From positions 1 to 64,000 of the forward strand of contig JBDHJS010000001.1 of NCBI GenBank assembly GCA_039586795.1: DNA of 64,000 nt, written 5' to 3'. Of the stretch, positions 19,293 through 29,290 are shown one piece after another; the stretch's first letter is position 1; every line of letters begins with the position of its first letter. The notes below the pieces were generated by a model, which had not been told where the DNA came from, ran no database searches, and saw nothing but the letters and a program-made list of their open reading frames with translations. The DNA comes from Gemmatimonadota bacterium. Lineage in GTDB: Bacteria > Gemmatimonadota > Gemmatimonadetes > Palauibacterales > KS3-K002. The position numbers and the translations under genes were made by a program.

Positions 19293-19934
19293 ATGAAACA
19301 ACTATCGAGAGCAGCGGCGGCTACGTTGGTGGGCGCCTCTTTCTTTTTGTGCGCCGAACGGAGCCCCGGCCAGGTCGTGGCCGAACCGGCCATGCTCACC
19401 GCTGGCATCCCCGCCGGCGAGACGTTTCTGCCCTACGTAGCGATCCCCGACAACGGCTTCGTGCTGGCGGGGATGATCCGCTTCCCCCTCTCCGCCGAGG
19501 TCGATATCGGGGGTCGAGCCGGACTCTGGCTGATCGATGACGCGAAGGACACGCCCTTCGCCGGCGCCGACCTGCGCTACGGCCTGCTGGGTCGGACGCT
19601 CTCCGATGGCGGCGGCTTGCTCAACCTGAGCTTCGATATCGGTGTCGGGGTCAGCGAGCCCGGCCCGACGCTATGGAAAGTGCCGGTCGGCTTCATCGCC
19701 GGAATCGGCTTTAAACTGGCTGGCGGCGACTCGGAGATCTTCGCTTTCCCGAGGTTCGAGCTGGGGATAAGCTCGGGCGACACGAGCACCGACACCGCCC
19801 TGCTGCTCGACGTGGGCGGCGTGTTCACGCTCACGCAATCGCTGGGCGCGATGTTCGACTTCCGGTTCGGAAACGGGGTCTTCTTCGAGGGCGAGAGCGT
19901 GGTGATCGGGCTGGGCGCCATTTGGCGGCTCTAA
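19293..19934 (+). CDS. Exported beta-barrel-like protein
   Basis: RBS GGAGGGAG, signal peptide, Gly/aromatic strands, terminal WRL. Confidence 0.6.
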   Translation: MKQLSRAAAATLVGASFFLCAERSPGQVVAEPAMLTAGIPAGETFLPYVAIPDNGFVLAGMIRFPLSAEVDIGGRAGLWLIDDAKDTPFAGADLRYGLLGRTLSDGGGLLNLSFDIGVGVSEPGPTLWKVPVGFIAGIGFKLAGGDSEIFAFPRFELGISSGDTSTDTALLLDVGGVFTLTQSLGAMFDFRFGNGVFFEGESVVIGLGAIWRL

Positions 19935-19935
19935 C

Positions 19936-20340
19936 TCACTCCTCTAGCGGTACGGGACGGTCTCGCTCCGAATCCACGACGCAGATGAATCCGAGCGCCT
20001 CATCGGCCGCCGCTCGGAATTGATGCGGATCACCGCTGGCCACATAGACGACGTCGCCAAAGCCGATCTCTTCCCAGCGCTCCCCTAGCCGGACCTTTCC
20101 CTTCCCGCGCAGAACCATCACCGCATGCTGATGCTCGTGGCACTCGAACGTGCTGTGCCCACCGGCCGCAATCTCGAAATAGCGGAAGTGGAACGGAGCG
20201 CCTTCACTTGCGCCTACGAGGCGATGACGAGTAACGCCGGTCCATGTACCGTCGGGGTCCTTGTAACCGACGGGGCTGATGCCGGACCAAGAGTATTCGT
20301 TGAATCGTAGGACTTTGCTCTTTTCGGGGTCTACGCTCAT
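19936..20340 (-). CDS. Cupin domain protein
   Basis: HEHQH...G.G and GD.V.V...PHQF cupin motifs. Confidence 0.85.
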   Translation of the reverse strand: MSVDPEKSKVLRFNEYSWSGISPVGYKDPDGTWTGVTRHRLVGASEGAPFHFRYFEIAAGGHSTFECHEHQHAVMVLRGKGKVRLGERWEEIGFGDVVYVASGDPHQFRAAADEALGFICVVDSERDRPVPLEE

Positions 20341-20356
20341 ACGCTAACGGAAAAGT

Positions 20357-20410
20357 GAACATTGAACATTGGGCATGGAACATTGGACATTGAGTTTGCC
20401 TCAATGTTCA
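20357..20410. repeat. Heptamer array (GAACATT-like) with terminal hairpin
   Basis: GAACATT GAACATT GGGCATG GAACATT GGACATT then GAG-TTTGC-CTCAATGTTC pairing back. Confidence 0.75.
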
Positions 20411-21484
20411 CACCGCCTTAACCTCAACCCCGAGTCCATGCGGATATATCATCGTCCGAAGCCCCTCATCCGCCACCTTCGCCATTTGAAGCGCTTCTCC
20501 AACGCCTTCAAGACCAAACCGATGTGTCACCAGATCCTCGACCTCTATTCCTCCGGCCGCGAGGAGCTCAAGTGCTTCCCGCGTATCGATCGGACCGGCT
20601 GAGTAGCTGTGCGTGATCGTCACTTCCTTGAAGTAAAGATCGTGCGGCCGATAGGCGACAACCTCATCGGGAGGCGTCGGCGTGAACACCATGACGACAG
20701 CGCCGGGCGCCGTATGAACCAGGCCAGCCTCGACAGCGGTAGCCGAGCCGGGTCCAACGATGATCTTCTCGGCTCCCCAACCATCGGTAGCGTCCTGCAT
20801 CTCCTCATCGAAGTCTTCGGATGTGGGGTCGAGCGCCAGGTCGGCGCCGGCCTTCAGAGCGTAGTCGCGACGAACTTCCACGGGATCCGTCACGATGATC
20901 GGCTCGGCTCCAAAATGCCGGGCCAGCCGCAGATTTATCAGACCCATCGGCCCGGCGCCGATGATCCACGTGCTGTTGCCCGGTGTCATGTCCATCTTAC
21001 CGAAAGCGCGAAGACTGCACGCCACGGGCTCGATGAAGGCCGCCGCCTCATCGGACAGTTCCTCCGGGATCTTGAGCACGTCGAGACGTACGATCTCGGC
21101 CGGCACACGAACGAACTCGGCAAACGCGCCCGGGTCGAGAGATGTCTCTCGGAAACGGGCACACGAGGAATACATGCGGCGCTGGCAGGCACGGCATTCC
21201 ATGCATGGAACATGGTGGTGGAAGAACACCCGGTCGCCCACCTCCAGCCCTTCGACCTCGGGCGTTACCTCGTGCACTACGCCCACGGGCTCGTGTCCCA
21301 GGACGACCGGCACCTTGGTGCTCACGTACCAGTCCATCGCGTCGCTGGAGCAGACCCCGCACAACGTGACCATCACCCGGATGTCGCCAGGCTGCAATTC
21401 GGGAAGCGGCACATCCTCTACGCGCACATCATCAAAGGCGTAGGCGCGGGCCGCGGCCATCATCGGTGTATCTTTTGAACTCAT
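20408..21484 (-). CDS. Zinc-dependent (MDR) dehydrogenase
   Basis: CGVCSSD, GHE, structural Cys cluster CMECRAC..C, GAGPMG. Confidence 0.9.
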   Translation of the reverse strand: MSSKDTPMMAAARAYAFDDVRVEDVPLPELQPGDIRVMVTLCGVCSSDAMDWYVSTKVPVVLGHEPVGVVHEVTPEVEGLEVGDRVFFHHHVPCMECRACQRRMYSSCARFRETSLDPGAFAEFVRVPAEIVRLDVLKIPEELSDEAAAFIEPVACSLRAFGKMDMTPGNSTWIIGAGPMGLINLRLARHFGAEPIIVTDPVEVRRDYALKAGADLALDPTSEDFDEEMQDATDGWGAEKIIVGPGSATAVEAGLVHTAPGAVVMVFTPTPPDEVVAYRPHDLYFKEVTITHSYSAGPIDTREALELLAAGGIEVEDLVTHRFGLEGVGEALQMAKVADEGLRTMIYPHGLGVEVKAV

Positions 21485-22515
21485 AGAGTAATCGCGACCT
21501 TCACGGCTTCACGCTTCTGCATGCGCTCGAACGCTTCGGGGAGTTGTTCAAGACTCATCTGGTGAGTGACCAGAGGGTCCAACGCCAGCGCGCCGCTGAC
21601 GATCAGTTCCCAGGCGCGACGTACGCTGTCCGGCGTATAGTGAAAGCCGCCCTTGAGGTTGATCTCGTCATAGTGAATACGCTCGGTATCGAGCGAAACC
21701 ATCGCACCCTTCTCGCATCCGCCAAACAGGAGCACTTCTCCGCCCTTACGCACCAGCGCCGCCGACGCCTCCCAAGCTTCCGGGCGGCCGACGCACTCCA
21801 CGACCGTGTCGGCGCCAAGACCGTCGGTCAATACGTCGATCGCGGCTCTCACGTCGGCGACGCTGGCATCGACGATATGATCGACCCCCACCTGTCTCGC
21901 GATATCCAATCGCGTAGCGTGCTTGCCGACCAAGATGACCTGGCCCGATCCACGCAGCCGAGCAACCTGGGCGAAGAGAAGTGCGATGGAACCGTCACCG
22001 ACGAATACGACAGAGCGGTTCCCGTTCAGCTCGATCAGGTCGGCACCGTGAACCGTGCAGGCGAGTGGCTCCACAAACGCGGCATGCAAGTCAGAAACGG
22101 AATCCGGGATGCGGTAGGAGTTGCGGTTGACGACGTGGCGCGGGACCGTGACGTACTCGCCGTACGCACCCAGCACCATATCCTCGAACAAATACAGACA
22201 CAGGTTCTCGAGCCCCTTGAGACAGTAAGCGCAATCGCCGCATGGTGCCGTCGGGGCGGCAACCATGCGGTCGCCGGGCTGAAATCCCTTCACACCCGAG
22301 CCGACCGACTCCACTATTCCAGCCCATTCGTGACCCAGCAACCCAGGGACCTTTAGCCGGGCGTGCCCGCGCTGAAACGTCTTGAGATCCGTCCCGCACG
22401 TCAGCGCCACCGATACGCGGGCCACCACCTCTCCGTCGCTTGGCTTTGGCACGGGGACGGAGTCGAGATGTAACTCGCCGGGGCGAGTGAGATGAAAGAC
22501 GCGCATGCTAGACAT
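21481..22515 (-). CDS. Zinc-dependent (MDR) dehydrogenase
   Basis: CGTD, GHE, CGDCAYC..C, GDGSIA. Confidence 0.9.
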   Translation of the reverse strand: MSSMRVFHLTRPGELHLDSVPVPKPSDGEVVARVSVALTCGTDLKTFQRGHARLKVPGLLGHEWAGIVESVGSGVKGFQPGDRMVAAPTAPCGDCAYCLKGLENLCLYLFEDMVLGAYGEYVTVPRHVVNRNSYRIPDSVSDLHAAFVEPLACTVHGADLIELNGNRSVVFVGDGSIALLFAQVARLRGSGQVILVGKHATRLDIARQVGVDHIVDASVADVRAAIDVLTDGLGADTVVECVGRPEAWEASAALVRKGGEVLLFGGCEKGAMVSLDTERIHYDEINLKGGFHYTPDSVRRAWELIVSGALALDPLVTHQMSLEQLPEAFERMQKREAVKVAITL

Positions 22516-22568
22516 AGAGGGAGGAAGCTAATGGGTGTTGGCCATTGAAGCTACAGATGCATGCAGTC

Positions 22569-22658
22569 GAATATTGAACATGGGACATTGGAAGTTGCAG
22601 TCGGCGTCGAACGTTGACGTTCACGTTCCGTGCTCCATAGGCAACGTTCAATGTTCAA
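22569..22658. repeat. Inverted heptamer arrays (GAACATT family) in divergent intergenic region
   Basis: GAATATT GAACATG GGACATT GGAAGTT on the left; CAACGTT CAATGTT CAA on the right. Confidence 0.6.
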
Positions 22659-22702
22659 GCAGGCTTGCGTCCAACGGGAGGTTGACCCAAACTCGGCTGT
22701 CT

Positions 22703-23647
22703 ATGGCTCACATCCCTGACGGATTCCTCTCCGCGCCCGTCACCGCAGGCACGCTCGTCGCGGCTGGGGCGTTGGTCGCTCATTCGGCGAGCCGATCGCG
22801 CCGCGAACTGGACGAGCGCGCCGCGCCCACGCTGGGCCTCGCGACGGCGGCGGTCTTCGCGGCGCAGATGATCAACTTCCCGGTGGCGGCGGGCACCAGC
22901 GGGCATCTGATGGGTGGAACGTTGATCGCCGTGATGTTCGGGCCGTGGTCCGCCTTCCTGGTGATGACGGCGGTGCTCATCGCCCAGGCGCTCATCTTCG
23001 CCGACGGTGGGATCACGGCGCTAGGCGCTAACATCCTGAACATCGCCGGAGGAGGAGCGCTGTTCGGGTATGTCGTATACTGGATGATGACGGCGCTGAT
23101 CGGCGCCGGAGCAGCGAGGCGCGGTCTTGCGGCAGCGGCAGCGGCCTTCCTCGGCATGGTCGTGACAGGTATTGCTGCCGGGTTCGAGCTCGGGCTGTCG
23201 GGCGTCGCGCCGACGCGTTTGGCGGTGGGCGCCATGGCGAGCGTGCATGCGATCATCGGCCTGGTGGAAGGGTTGATTACCGGACTGCTCGTCGCGACCC
23301 TGGCTCGCAAGCGGCCGGACATACTCTATCGTGTACGCGACGCGTCACCCGTCGGCGCACCACGACCGGTGGTGCTTGCATCGTTGGGCGTCATGGCGGT
23401 GCTGGTCGGCGCGTTATCCGTCATCGCTTCGACGGCGCCTGATAGCCTGGAGCGTGTCGCCATCGATTTAGGTTTTGCAGACGCCGCTTCGACCACGCCT
23501 TGGGCGCCGCTCGCCAACTATCGCGCCTGGGTGCCCGGGCCTGCCGGAGTCCTCATCGCCGGCATCGTCGGCATCGCCCTCCTCTTTGCGGGTGTGATGG
23601 CGATGGTCCGGGCCCTGACACTGAGCCGCGCATCCCGAGAGGGCTAG
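22703..23647 (+). CDS. cbiM: ECF Co/Ni transporter substrate component (CbiM/NikMN fusion)
   Basis: MAHIPDGFL, GTSGHL.GG, DGG.TALGAN and C-terminal PDSLE (PDGLE-type) segment. Confidence 0.88.
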   Translation: MAHIPDGFLSAPVTAGTLVAAGALVAHSASRSRRELDERAAPTLGLATAAVFAAQMINFPVAAGTSGHLMGGTLIAVMFGPWSAFLVMTAVLIAQALIFADGGITALGANILNIAGGGALFGYVVYWMMTALIGAGAARRGLAAAAAAFLGMVVTGIAAGFELGLSGVAPTRLAVGAMASVHAIIGLVEGLITGLLVATLARKRPDILYRVRDASPVGAPRPVVLASLGVMAVLVGALSVIASTAPDSLERVAIDLGFADAASTTPWAPLANYRAWVPGPAGVLIAGIVGIALLFAGVMAMVRALTLSRASREG

Positions 23648-24418
23648 ATGGGTTTCAAGCATCTCGACCGCCACGCCGGGCGTCATTCCTGGTTGAGCGA
23701 ACACACCACGCCAGCGCAGCGACTCTGGATCGCGATCGCCGCCGCCTTCGTCGCCGGGCTGATGCCGTCCGGAGCCTGGCGTGCGCTGGCGGTGCTCGCG
23801 GTGGCTGTCGCGCTCGGTGCGTGGCTCGCTCGAGTTCCGGCGACGACTCTGCTCAGCCGCGTGGCATTGGCGCTCCCCTTCTTCCTGCTCCCGGCGTTGG
23901 CGCTACCCGTCACCGTCCCGGGGGCAGCCGTGGGGGAACTTGGTCCGTTCACGATCACCGAACCGGGCGTGCAGCGCGCCCTCGAGATCATCGTTCGAGC
24001 CACGCTAGCTGTCTCAGCCGTGTCCATCCTCATTTCGGTAACTCGAGCTACCGATCTATTGGGCGCTATCCACCACTTGCCATTGCCGCACCTGATCAAG
24101 CAATCGCTCGCGCTGGGATACCGCTACCTCTACTTGTTGACCGACGAATTCGAGCGCACGCGGCGCGCGCTCAGGAGCCGCGCCGGCCACACCTCGCTTT
24201 TCCGCGCCTGGCGCGGCCGGGCCGCAACGCTATCGCATCTTTTCGTTCGCGCTCACGCACGCGGAACGCGCGTCCACGCCGCGATGCTGAGTCGCGGTTA
24301 TCGCAGCGAGATGCCGACGCTCGCACCTGCCGCACGTGTCCATCCGATATGGACCGCAACGATCGTATTCTCACTCGCGATGATCTGGGTCGCGGGCTAC
24401 CTGGAGGTGCGCGGATGA
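23648..24418 (+). CDS. cbiQ: ECF transporter transmembrane T component
   Basis: YRYL..L.DE..R...A..SR and AM.SRG motifs. Confidence 0.85.
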   Translation: MGFKHLDRHAGRHSWLSEHTTPAQRLWIAIAAAFVAGLMPSGAWRALAVLAVAVALGAWLARVPATTLLSRVALALPFFLLPALALPVTVPGAAVGELGPFTITEPGVQRALEIIVRATLAVSAVSILISVTRATDLLGAIHHLPLPHLIKQSLALGYRYLYLLTDEFERTRRALRSRAGHTSLFRAWRGRAATLSHLFVRAHARGTRVHAAMLSRGYRSEMPTLAPAARVHPIWTATIVFSLAMIWVAGYLEVRG

Positions 24419-25170
24419 GCTGCGGTAGTGACGCCGTGGCATACGGCGTTGAGTTCAGCGGACTTGGTTACAGCTACCCGGGTTCTGGCAGCCCCGCCCT
24501 GCGTGACATCACGCTCACCGTTCAACGTGGCGAGCATGTGGCCATCGTCGGCCCGAACGGAGCCGGGAAGAGCACGATGCTGCTCCACCTGAACGGAATA
24601 CTCGAGCCGACCACCGGCTCGGTAACGATCGACGGCGTCGGAGTGATAAAGGAGAACTATCGAGAGATCAGGGGTCGCGTCGGCCTGGTCTTCCAGGACT
24701 CGGATGATCAGCTCTTCATGCCCACTCTCCTGGAGGACGTGGCGTTCGGACCGCTCTGCAATGGAGTGCCGAAGGACGAAGCACACGACCGGGCGCATCA
24801 AGCGTTGGACGCCGTCGGACTCGGTCACGTCGATGCTCACCGTGCCGCGCATCACCTCAGCGGCGGCGAGAAACGCCGCGCCGCGCTGGCGACGGTGCTC
24901 AGCATGGATCCGGGCGTCCTTGCCTTCGACGAACCCAGTTCCGGATTAGACGGGCGGGGTCGTCGAACCATCGCCGAGCTTCTCCGCGAACGTCATCAGA
25001 CCGCTATCATCGTGACCCATGACGTCGAGTTTGCGGCCGCGGTCTGCACACGCATCGTGATCCTGGACGGAGGGCAGCTGGTAGTGGACGGGCTGACTGC
25101 GGATGTCCTCGCTGATAGTGAGCTCCTGCGACGCCACGGCCTGGAGCTGGCCCGCTGGCTCTATGAATAG
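24415..25170 (+). CDS. cbiO: ECF transporter ATPase
   Basis: GPNGAGKS, FQDSDDQL, LSGGEKRR and FDEP; ATG overlaps cbiQ stop. Confidence 0.92.
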   Translation: MSCGSDAVAYGVEFSGLGYSYPGSGSPALRDITLTVQRGEHVAIVGPNGAGKSTMLLHLNGILEPTTGSVTIDGVGVIKENYREIRGRVGLVFQDSDDQLFMPTLLEDVAFGPLCNGVPKDEAHDRAHQALDAVGLGHVDAHRAAHHLSGGEKRRAALATVLSMDPGVLAFDEPSSGLDGRGRRTIAELLRERHQTAIIVTHDVEFAAAVCTRIVILDGGQLVVDGLTADVLADSELLRRHGLELARWLYE

Positions 25171-25175
25171 AAACG

Positions 25176-25243
25176 CCCCTGACCGGCGGAACCGGCCAGG
25201 GGTTTGATGAAACAAGCGGGCCAGCTTTCCAGCTGGCCCGCTT
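25176..25243. terminator. Two GC-rich hairpins between convergent genes
   Basis: CCCCTG..CAGGGG hairpin at 25176-25202; 13-bp stem AAGCGGGCCAGCT/AGCTGGCCCGCTT at 25214-25243. Confidence 0.6.
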
Positions 25244-25283
25244 CCTTCCGATCAAGGTACCAGTTCGTCGATCGAACTCACCA

Positions 25284-25910
25284 TCAACCGCCGAAGAAGA
25301 ACCTGTAACCCGCCATGAACTGCCAGACCTGGTTCTTCACACTGAAAGTATCCGAGTCGGTATCATCGTTGACGTTACCCAAGCCCAGGTTGTACCACAC
25401 GTCCAGCATGATAGCTCCGCTGCCAACCATGAAGTCGACGCCACCACCAAAGAAGACGCCGTAGTCGACGGCGCTGGTTATGTCCTTAAAATCTTCGGTC
25501 GTACCGTTCGTGACCTTACTGCTCACGTTGAACGCTACCGTCGGTCCTGCATAGATACGCGGCCCAATCGGGCTGTTCTCGATCGGGATGGTCAACGTGA
25601 GAGGGACCAACAGCTCAATGTAGTCGATCTTGGTCTTGAACGTCTCTCCGAGAAAGTCCTCCTTCGCTCCCTTCTGCACGTACTGGGCCTGGAACTGAAG
25701 CGCGAAGTACTCGTGCAGACCGAGAGCGAAGAATAGACCGCCGGCGAACCCCAGCTTTGAGTCCGTCCCTTCTACGTCACCGCCCACATTCGCCAGAGAG
25801 ACACCCCCCTGAACACCGGCGCTCATGTTCTGTCCCGCCGCGGGGCCCGCCAGCAGGCAGAGCAAGACCGCCGCTACCGTAAACACACCGAGTCGTTTCA
25901 ACATTCTCAT
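25284..25910 (-). CDS. Porin-family outer-membrane beta-barrel
   Basis: Signal peptide; YVQKG, DYIEL, PRIYAGP and YNLGL motifs; terminal GYRF. Confidence 0.85.
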   Translation of the reverse strand: MRMLKRLGVFTVAAVLLCLLAGPAAGQNMSAGVQGGVSLANVGGDVEGTDSKLGFAGGLFFALGLHEYFALQFQAQYVQKGAKEDFLGETFKTKIDYIELLVPLTLTIPIENSPIGPRIYAGPTVAFNVSSKVTNGTTEDFKDITSAVDYGVFFGGGVDFMVGSGAIMLDVWYNLGLGNVNDDTDSDTFSVKNQVWQFMAGYRFFFGG

Positions 25911-26043
25911 ACCCCCTTTGTCCGAGTAAGACATTGAGGCTCGGCAGTTCCTGCCAAGCGTGGTCGGTTACTACTGTATCACGGCACCACAGAACTGTCC
26001 CAACGGAATCTTGTTAATTCTGAACCTCGCCTAACACCCATCT

Positions 26044-26667
26044 CTAGATTATCGAAATGATCAGACCCGCTGACAGTATCAGGTCGACCTGCCACTGCGA
26101 GTTGGTGCCCCCGGACGGAAGGTCTGCACCCTCCAAACTCACCTTGTAGGCATAGACATCCGCATCACCACGAATCGCGAAGATGCCGGGTAGCTTGAAG
26201 CGAACGCCGGCACCCACCACGCCGCCCAGGTTGGTCTTCCCCTCCGTGACGTCGGAGTACGCGTCGCCGCTCAGCCCAACAATCGCCACGCCGCCACCGA
26301 CGTGGATCCCGATCGGGCCCGGAAGCAGCTTGAGAACCAGACGGCCATCCGCCATCCATACAGACGCGCTCGTATCCGCTACCGTCGTCCCATCATCTAT
26401 TTGGGCGTCGCTGAAGGCATAGACACCGTTCGCCTCGAAGCCCAGGGGGCCGGCTAGCCACAGCGTCAGGCGACCACCCACCGCCAGTCCGCTCTTCTGG
26501 CTCCCCTTCACGTCTCCCAACAACGGGATCGTCTGGTCGATGATGTCCTGCGTGGGGACGTAAACACCGAGGTAGGGCTCGAAATCGAGACCGGGCAGCT
26601 GCCCAAATGCCGGCGTCACGCTCAGCACTACGGCCACCATGGCGGCCCCAAACCACTTCTTCAGCAT
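26044..26667 (-). CDS. Outer-membrane beta-barrel protein
   Basis: RBS GGAGGG, signal peptide AFGQ, amphipathic strands. Confidence 0.75.
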   Translation of the reverse strand: MLKKWFGAAMVAVVLSVTPAFGQLPGLDFEPYLGVYVPTQDIIDQTIPLLGDVKGSQKSGLAVGGRLTLWLAGPLGFEANGVYAFSDAQIDDGTTVADTSASVWMADGRLVLKLLPGPIGIHVGGGVAIVGLSGDAYSDVTEGKTNLGGVVGAGVRFKLPGIFAIRGDADVYAYKVSLEGADLPSGGTNSQWQVDLILSAGLIISII

Positions 26668-26890
26668 GTGTACCCTCCGAGATGGAGATGTAATATGCAA
26701 TACATCACGAGCGGGAGAGCTCTTCTACGCGATGGGGGGGGCGTTTGGGATATGGCGCCAGACAGGCGCGCCTGAAAACCTGCCGAATATAACAAATATC
26801 ACGCGAAGGTGTTAGGCCTACTTGATTTACGCCCTCGGAGCGGATGAACCAACGCGACGGAAGTATGCCGATGCAGGATGCTGCGCCATC

Positions 26891-29290
26891 CTATCGCTGC
26901 AAGTCTGCCAACATCTCCAGGGCGCGAGCGTTCGAGGGATCATAAGATAGGCCGTTCTGGAGGGCGGTGATCGCCTCCTGGCGACGGTCTTGCTGAATGT
27001 AGATCGCGGCGAGAGTGAAGTTTGCCACGGCCATGCTGGGATCGAGGGTCAACGCGCGTCGAAAAGACTCTATCGCACTATCGACGTTCCCGGCCCTGAT
27101 GAGCGTATTGCCAAGGGTCACGAAGAGCCGGGCCTCATCGGGTTTCAGATCGATGGCCTCCGTGAACAGTGCGATGGCAGCATCGAACTCCCCTTGCAGG
27201 GAGAGCGCGACCGCCAGGCTCTCCATCGTGTTGGGGTCGTTCGGATCGGCCTCCAGGCTTTCCCTCAGATAGCGGATCGAGGCCGCGAGATCGCCGGCGT
27301 TCCCGTATCCGACGCCCAAGTTTCTCAGAACTTCCGGATTGCCGGGGAGGATTTCTGCCGCTTTTTGATAGGCCGCAAGCCCGAGCCGCGGCTGATTGAG
27401 CGCCGAGTAGGTATCGCCGCGGAAGCTCAATACCCACACCCAACGCCGCCGGATCGCCCAATCCTGCTCATCGAGCCGACGCAATCGCTCCGCCAGGAAT
27501 TGCCGGACTGCAGGGTCGCTGCCATGTGCCAGATGCAGACTGGCCAGCGCCAGTGCCTGAAGGTCGGGATCGTCGTTCTGCGCCAGCTGCATCAGACGGT
27601 CAACGATCGCTTCCTCCAAAGCGGGCATGTCAGGAGTGAGGTACGTCAGGTTGAAGTAGGCCAGGTTGGTGAAGAGCAGCGGAACGTATTCTTCCTCCGG
27701 CATCAGCATCAACCGCGCTGCCTCGTTGCGGTCTTCGACGCCTCGAGCTTCGATCAGGCCTCGTATTAGACTCTTGGGCGGCTTCAGCTCGCCATACCAC
27801 TCCTGGACCTTTTCCTGCACCTGAGACAGAGACAGGTCGCCGTGACACTTCACGCAGGCGTTCTCGATCCCGAAGAAAGCGTCGAGCCCGGGGCGCGGAA
27901 TGGGAATCGTGTGGTCGGAGCGCGAATAGCGAAGCTGCTGGCCGACATCCGGCTCCTGCAGGTACGGCATGTGGCAGTCGATGCAGCGGCCACCCGGCGC
28001 GCCGACCGGATGATAGGTGTGCGAGTTGATCAGCACGCGCTCTTCATCAAGCCGCGGGCGCGCTGACGCCACCTCCCAAGCTTCGTCGCTCAGCTCCGAG
28101 CGCAGGACCTCGACTTCGGTAGCCTTGCTGGGATGACAATCCAGGCATTGTCCATCGCTGAAGCGACCGACCAGCGGCTCCCACCAGATGTCTCGATAAC
28201 GCTGACTGTGCGGATCGTGGCAATCCACGCAGGTCATCGACCCGTTCAAATAGCAGTCGCTGTAGAGATGCTGCTGCTGATAGGCGAACACGCGGATACG
28301 ACCATCAGGGAAGTACGGGCGATAGCTGAGCAGAAGCATCAGATCGCTGAAGTAGTCCTCCAGCGGTTCGCCCGATATGTAACCCGGCTGCAGCTCGGCC
28401 TTGACCGCGTGGCATTGGAAGCAGACCTGGAGCGATCCGTCCTTGTCGAGGGTGGCCAGGGCCTCGACGCCGATGTCTGTGACGGAATCGATCGAATCGG
28501 AATCCGCGATCTCGATGTGTCGGCTGCCCGGTCCGTGACACGACTCGCAGTTGATAGCCAGGGTTGTGAATCGCGTCTCGTAGTTCTTCGCCTCGAAATC
28601 GTAGCGGACGGTGATCTGGCTTCCGTGACACTGCTGGCAGTTGGCGACGCCCTCGGAAGCGCCGAGCACCCGGTTCGGCGGCCAGTCGTTGCAGGCGGCC
28701 AGCGCGAGATCAGGTGTAATGGGAGCCCAGCCGGAATCCGCCCGACCCGCCGTCTGGCAGAACCAGACCTCTTCCTGTCGGATATAGTCGAAGGGAAGAA
28801 AACGATAGGTCCCGTCGGGGAACTCGGCGAAGAAGGCTTGCGTGCCCCCGCCCACCATGTGTCCGCCGCCCACGACGCCGGCAACTTCAAACACCTGCTC
28901 GATGCCGCTCGCCTCGCGAACGTGAAAGACCGGTTGACCGGCATCCGTCCGCGGCGTCACCACGGCATCGGCAAAGCGAATAGGCACGCCATCGAACGGA
29001 GCGATGATGCGTACATCGCCCGGCAAACCGCCCGCGTTCCCGTGGGTCGAGTGCTTCCAGAGGTCGTATTCGTGTTTGTGGCACTCTTCGCATTCGTCAG
29101 AGCCGACGAAATCGTCATGCGAAACGGTCGCTTGCCGCTCGTGGGGCAACGGAGCCGGGAAGTCCGTTCCTCCAGACGCACCCCCGCGATCGAAGATCAT
29201 ACTGCCGACGACAATTGCCGCTAAGACGGCCGCCGCTCCGGCCACCCAAGGCAGCCAGCGGCGAAGGTCGGGCCGCTTCCGCTCGCTCAT
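26891..29290 (-). CDS. Multiheme (8 CxxCH) cytochrome c with C-terminal TPR repeats
   Basis: CEECH, CQQCH, CESCH, CFQCH, CVDCH, CLDCH, CIDCH, CVKCH; N-terminal TM; TPR tail. Confidence 0.9.
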   Translation of the reverse strand: MSERKRPDLRRWLPWVAGAAAVLAAIVVGSMIFDRGGASGGTDFPAPLPHERQATVSHDDFVGSDECEECHKHEYDLWKHSTHGNAGGLPGDVRIIAPFDGVPIRFADAVVTPRTDAGQPVFHVREASGIEQVFEVAGVVGGGHMVGGGTQAFFAEFPDGTYRFLPFDYIRQEEVWFCQTAGRADSGWAPITPDLALAACNDWPPNRVLGASEGVANCQQCHGSQITVRYDFEAKNYETRFTTLAINCESCHGPGSRHIEIADSDSIDSVTDIGVEALATLDKDGSLQVCFQCHAVKAELQPGYISGEPLEDYFSDLMLLLSYRPYFPDGRIRVFAYQQQHLYSDCYLNGSMTCVDCHDPHSQRYRDIWWEPLVGRFSDGQCLDCHPSKATEVEVLRSELSDEAWEVASARPRLDEERVLINSHTYHPVGAPGGRCIDCHMPYLQEPDVGQQLRYSRSDHTIPIPRPGLDAFFGIENACVKCHGDLSLSQVQEKVQEWYGELKPPKSLIRGLIEARGVEDRNEAARLMLMPEEEYVPLLFTNLAYFNLTYLTPDMPALEEAIVDRLMQLAQNDDPDLQALALASLHLAHGSDPAVRQFLAERLRRLDEQDWAIRRRWVWVLSFRGDTYSALNQPRLGLAAYQKAAEILPGNPEVLRNLGVGYGNAGDLAASIRYLRESLEADPNDPNTMESLAVALSLQGEFDAAIALFTEAIDLKPDEARLFVTLGNTLIRAGNVDSAIESFRRALTLDPSMAVANFTLAAIYIQQDRRQEAITALQNGLSYDPSNARALEMLADLQR

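Noticed and set aside
22516..22702. Expected cobalamin riboswitch upstream of cbiMQO
   Set aside because: No GGGAA or GCCACTG B12-box motifs found; the region holds heptamer repeats instead.
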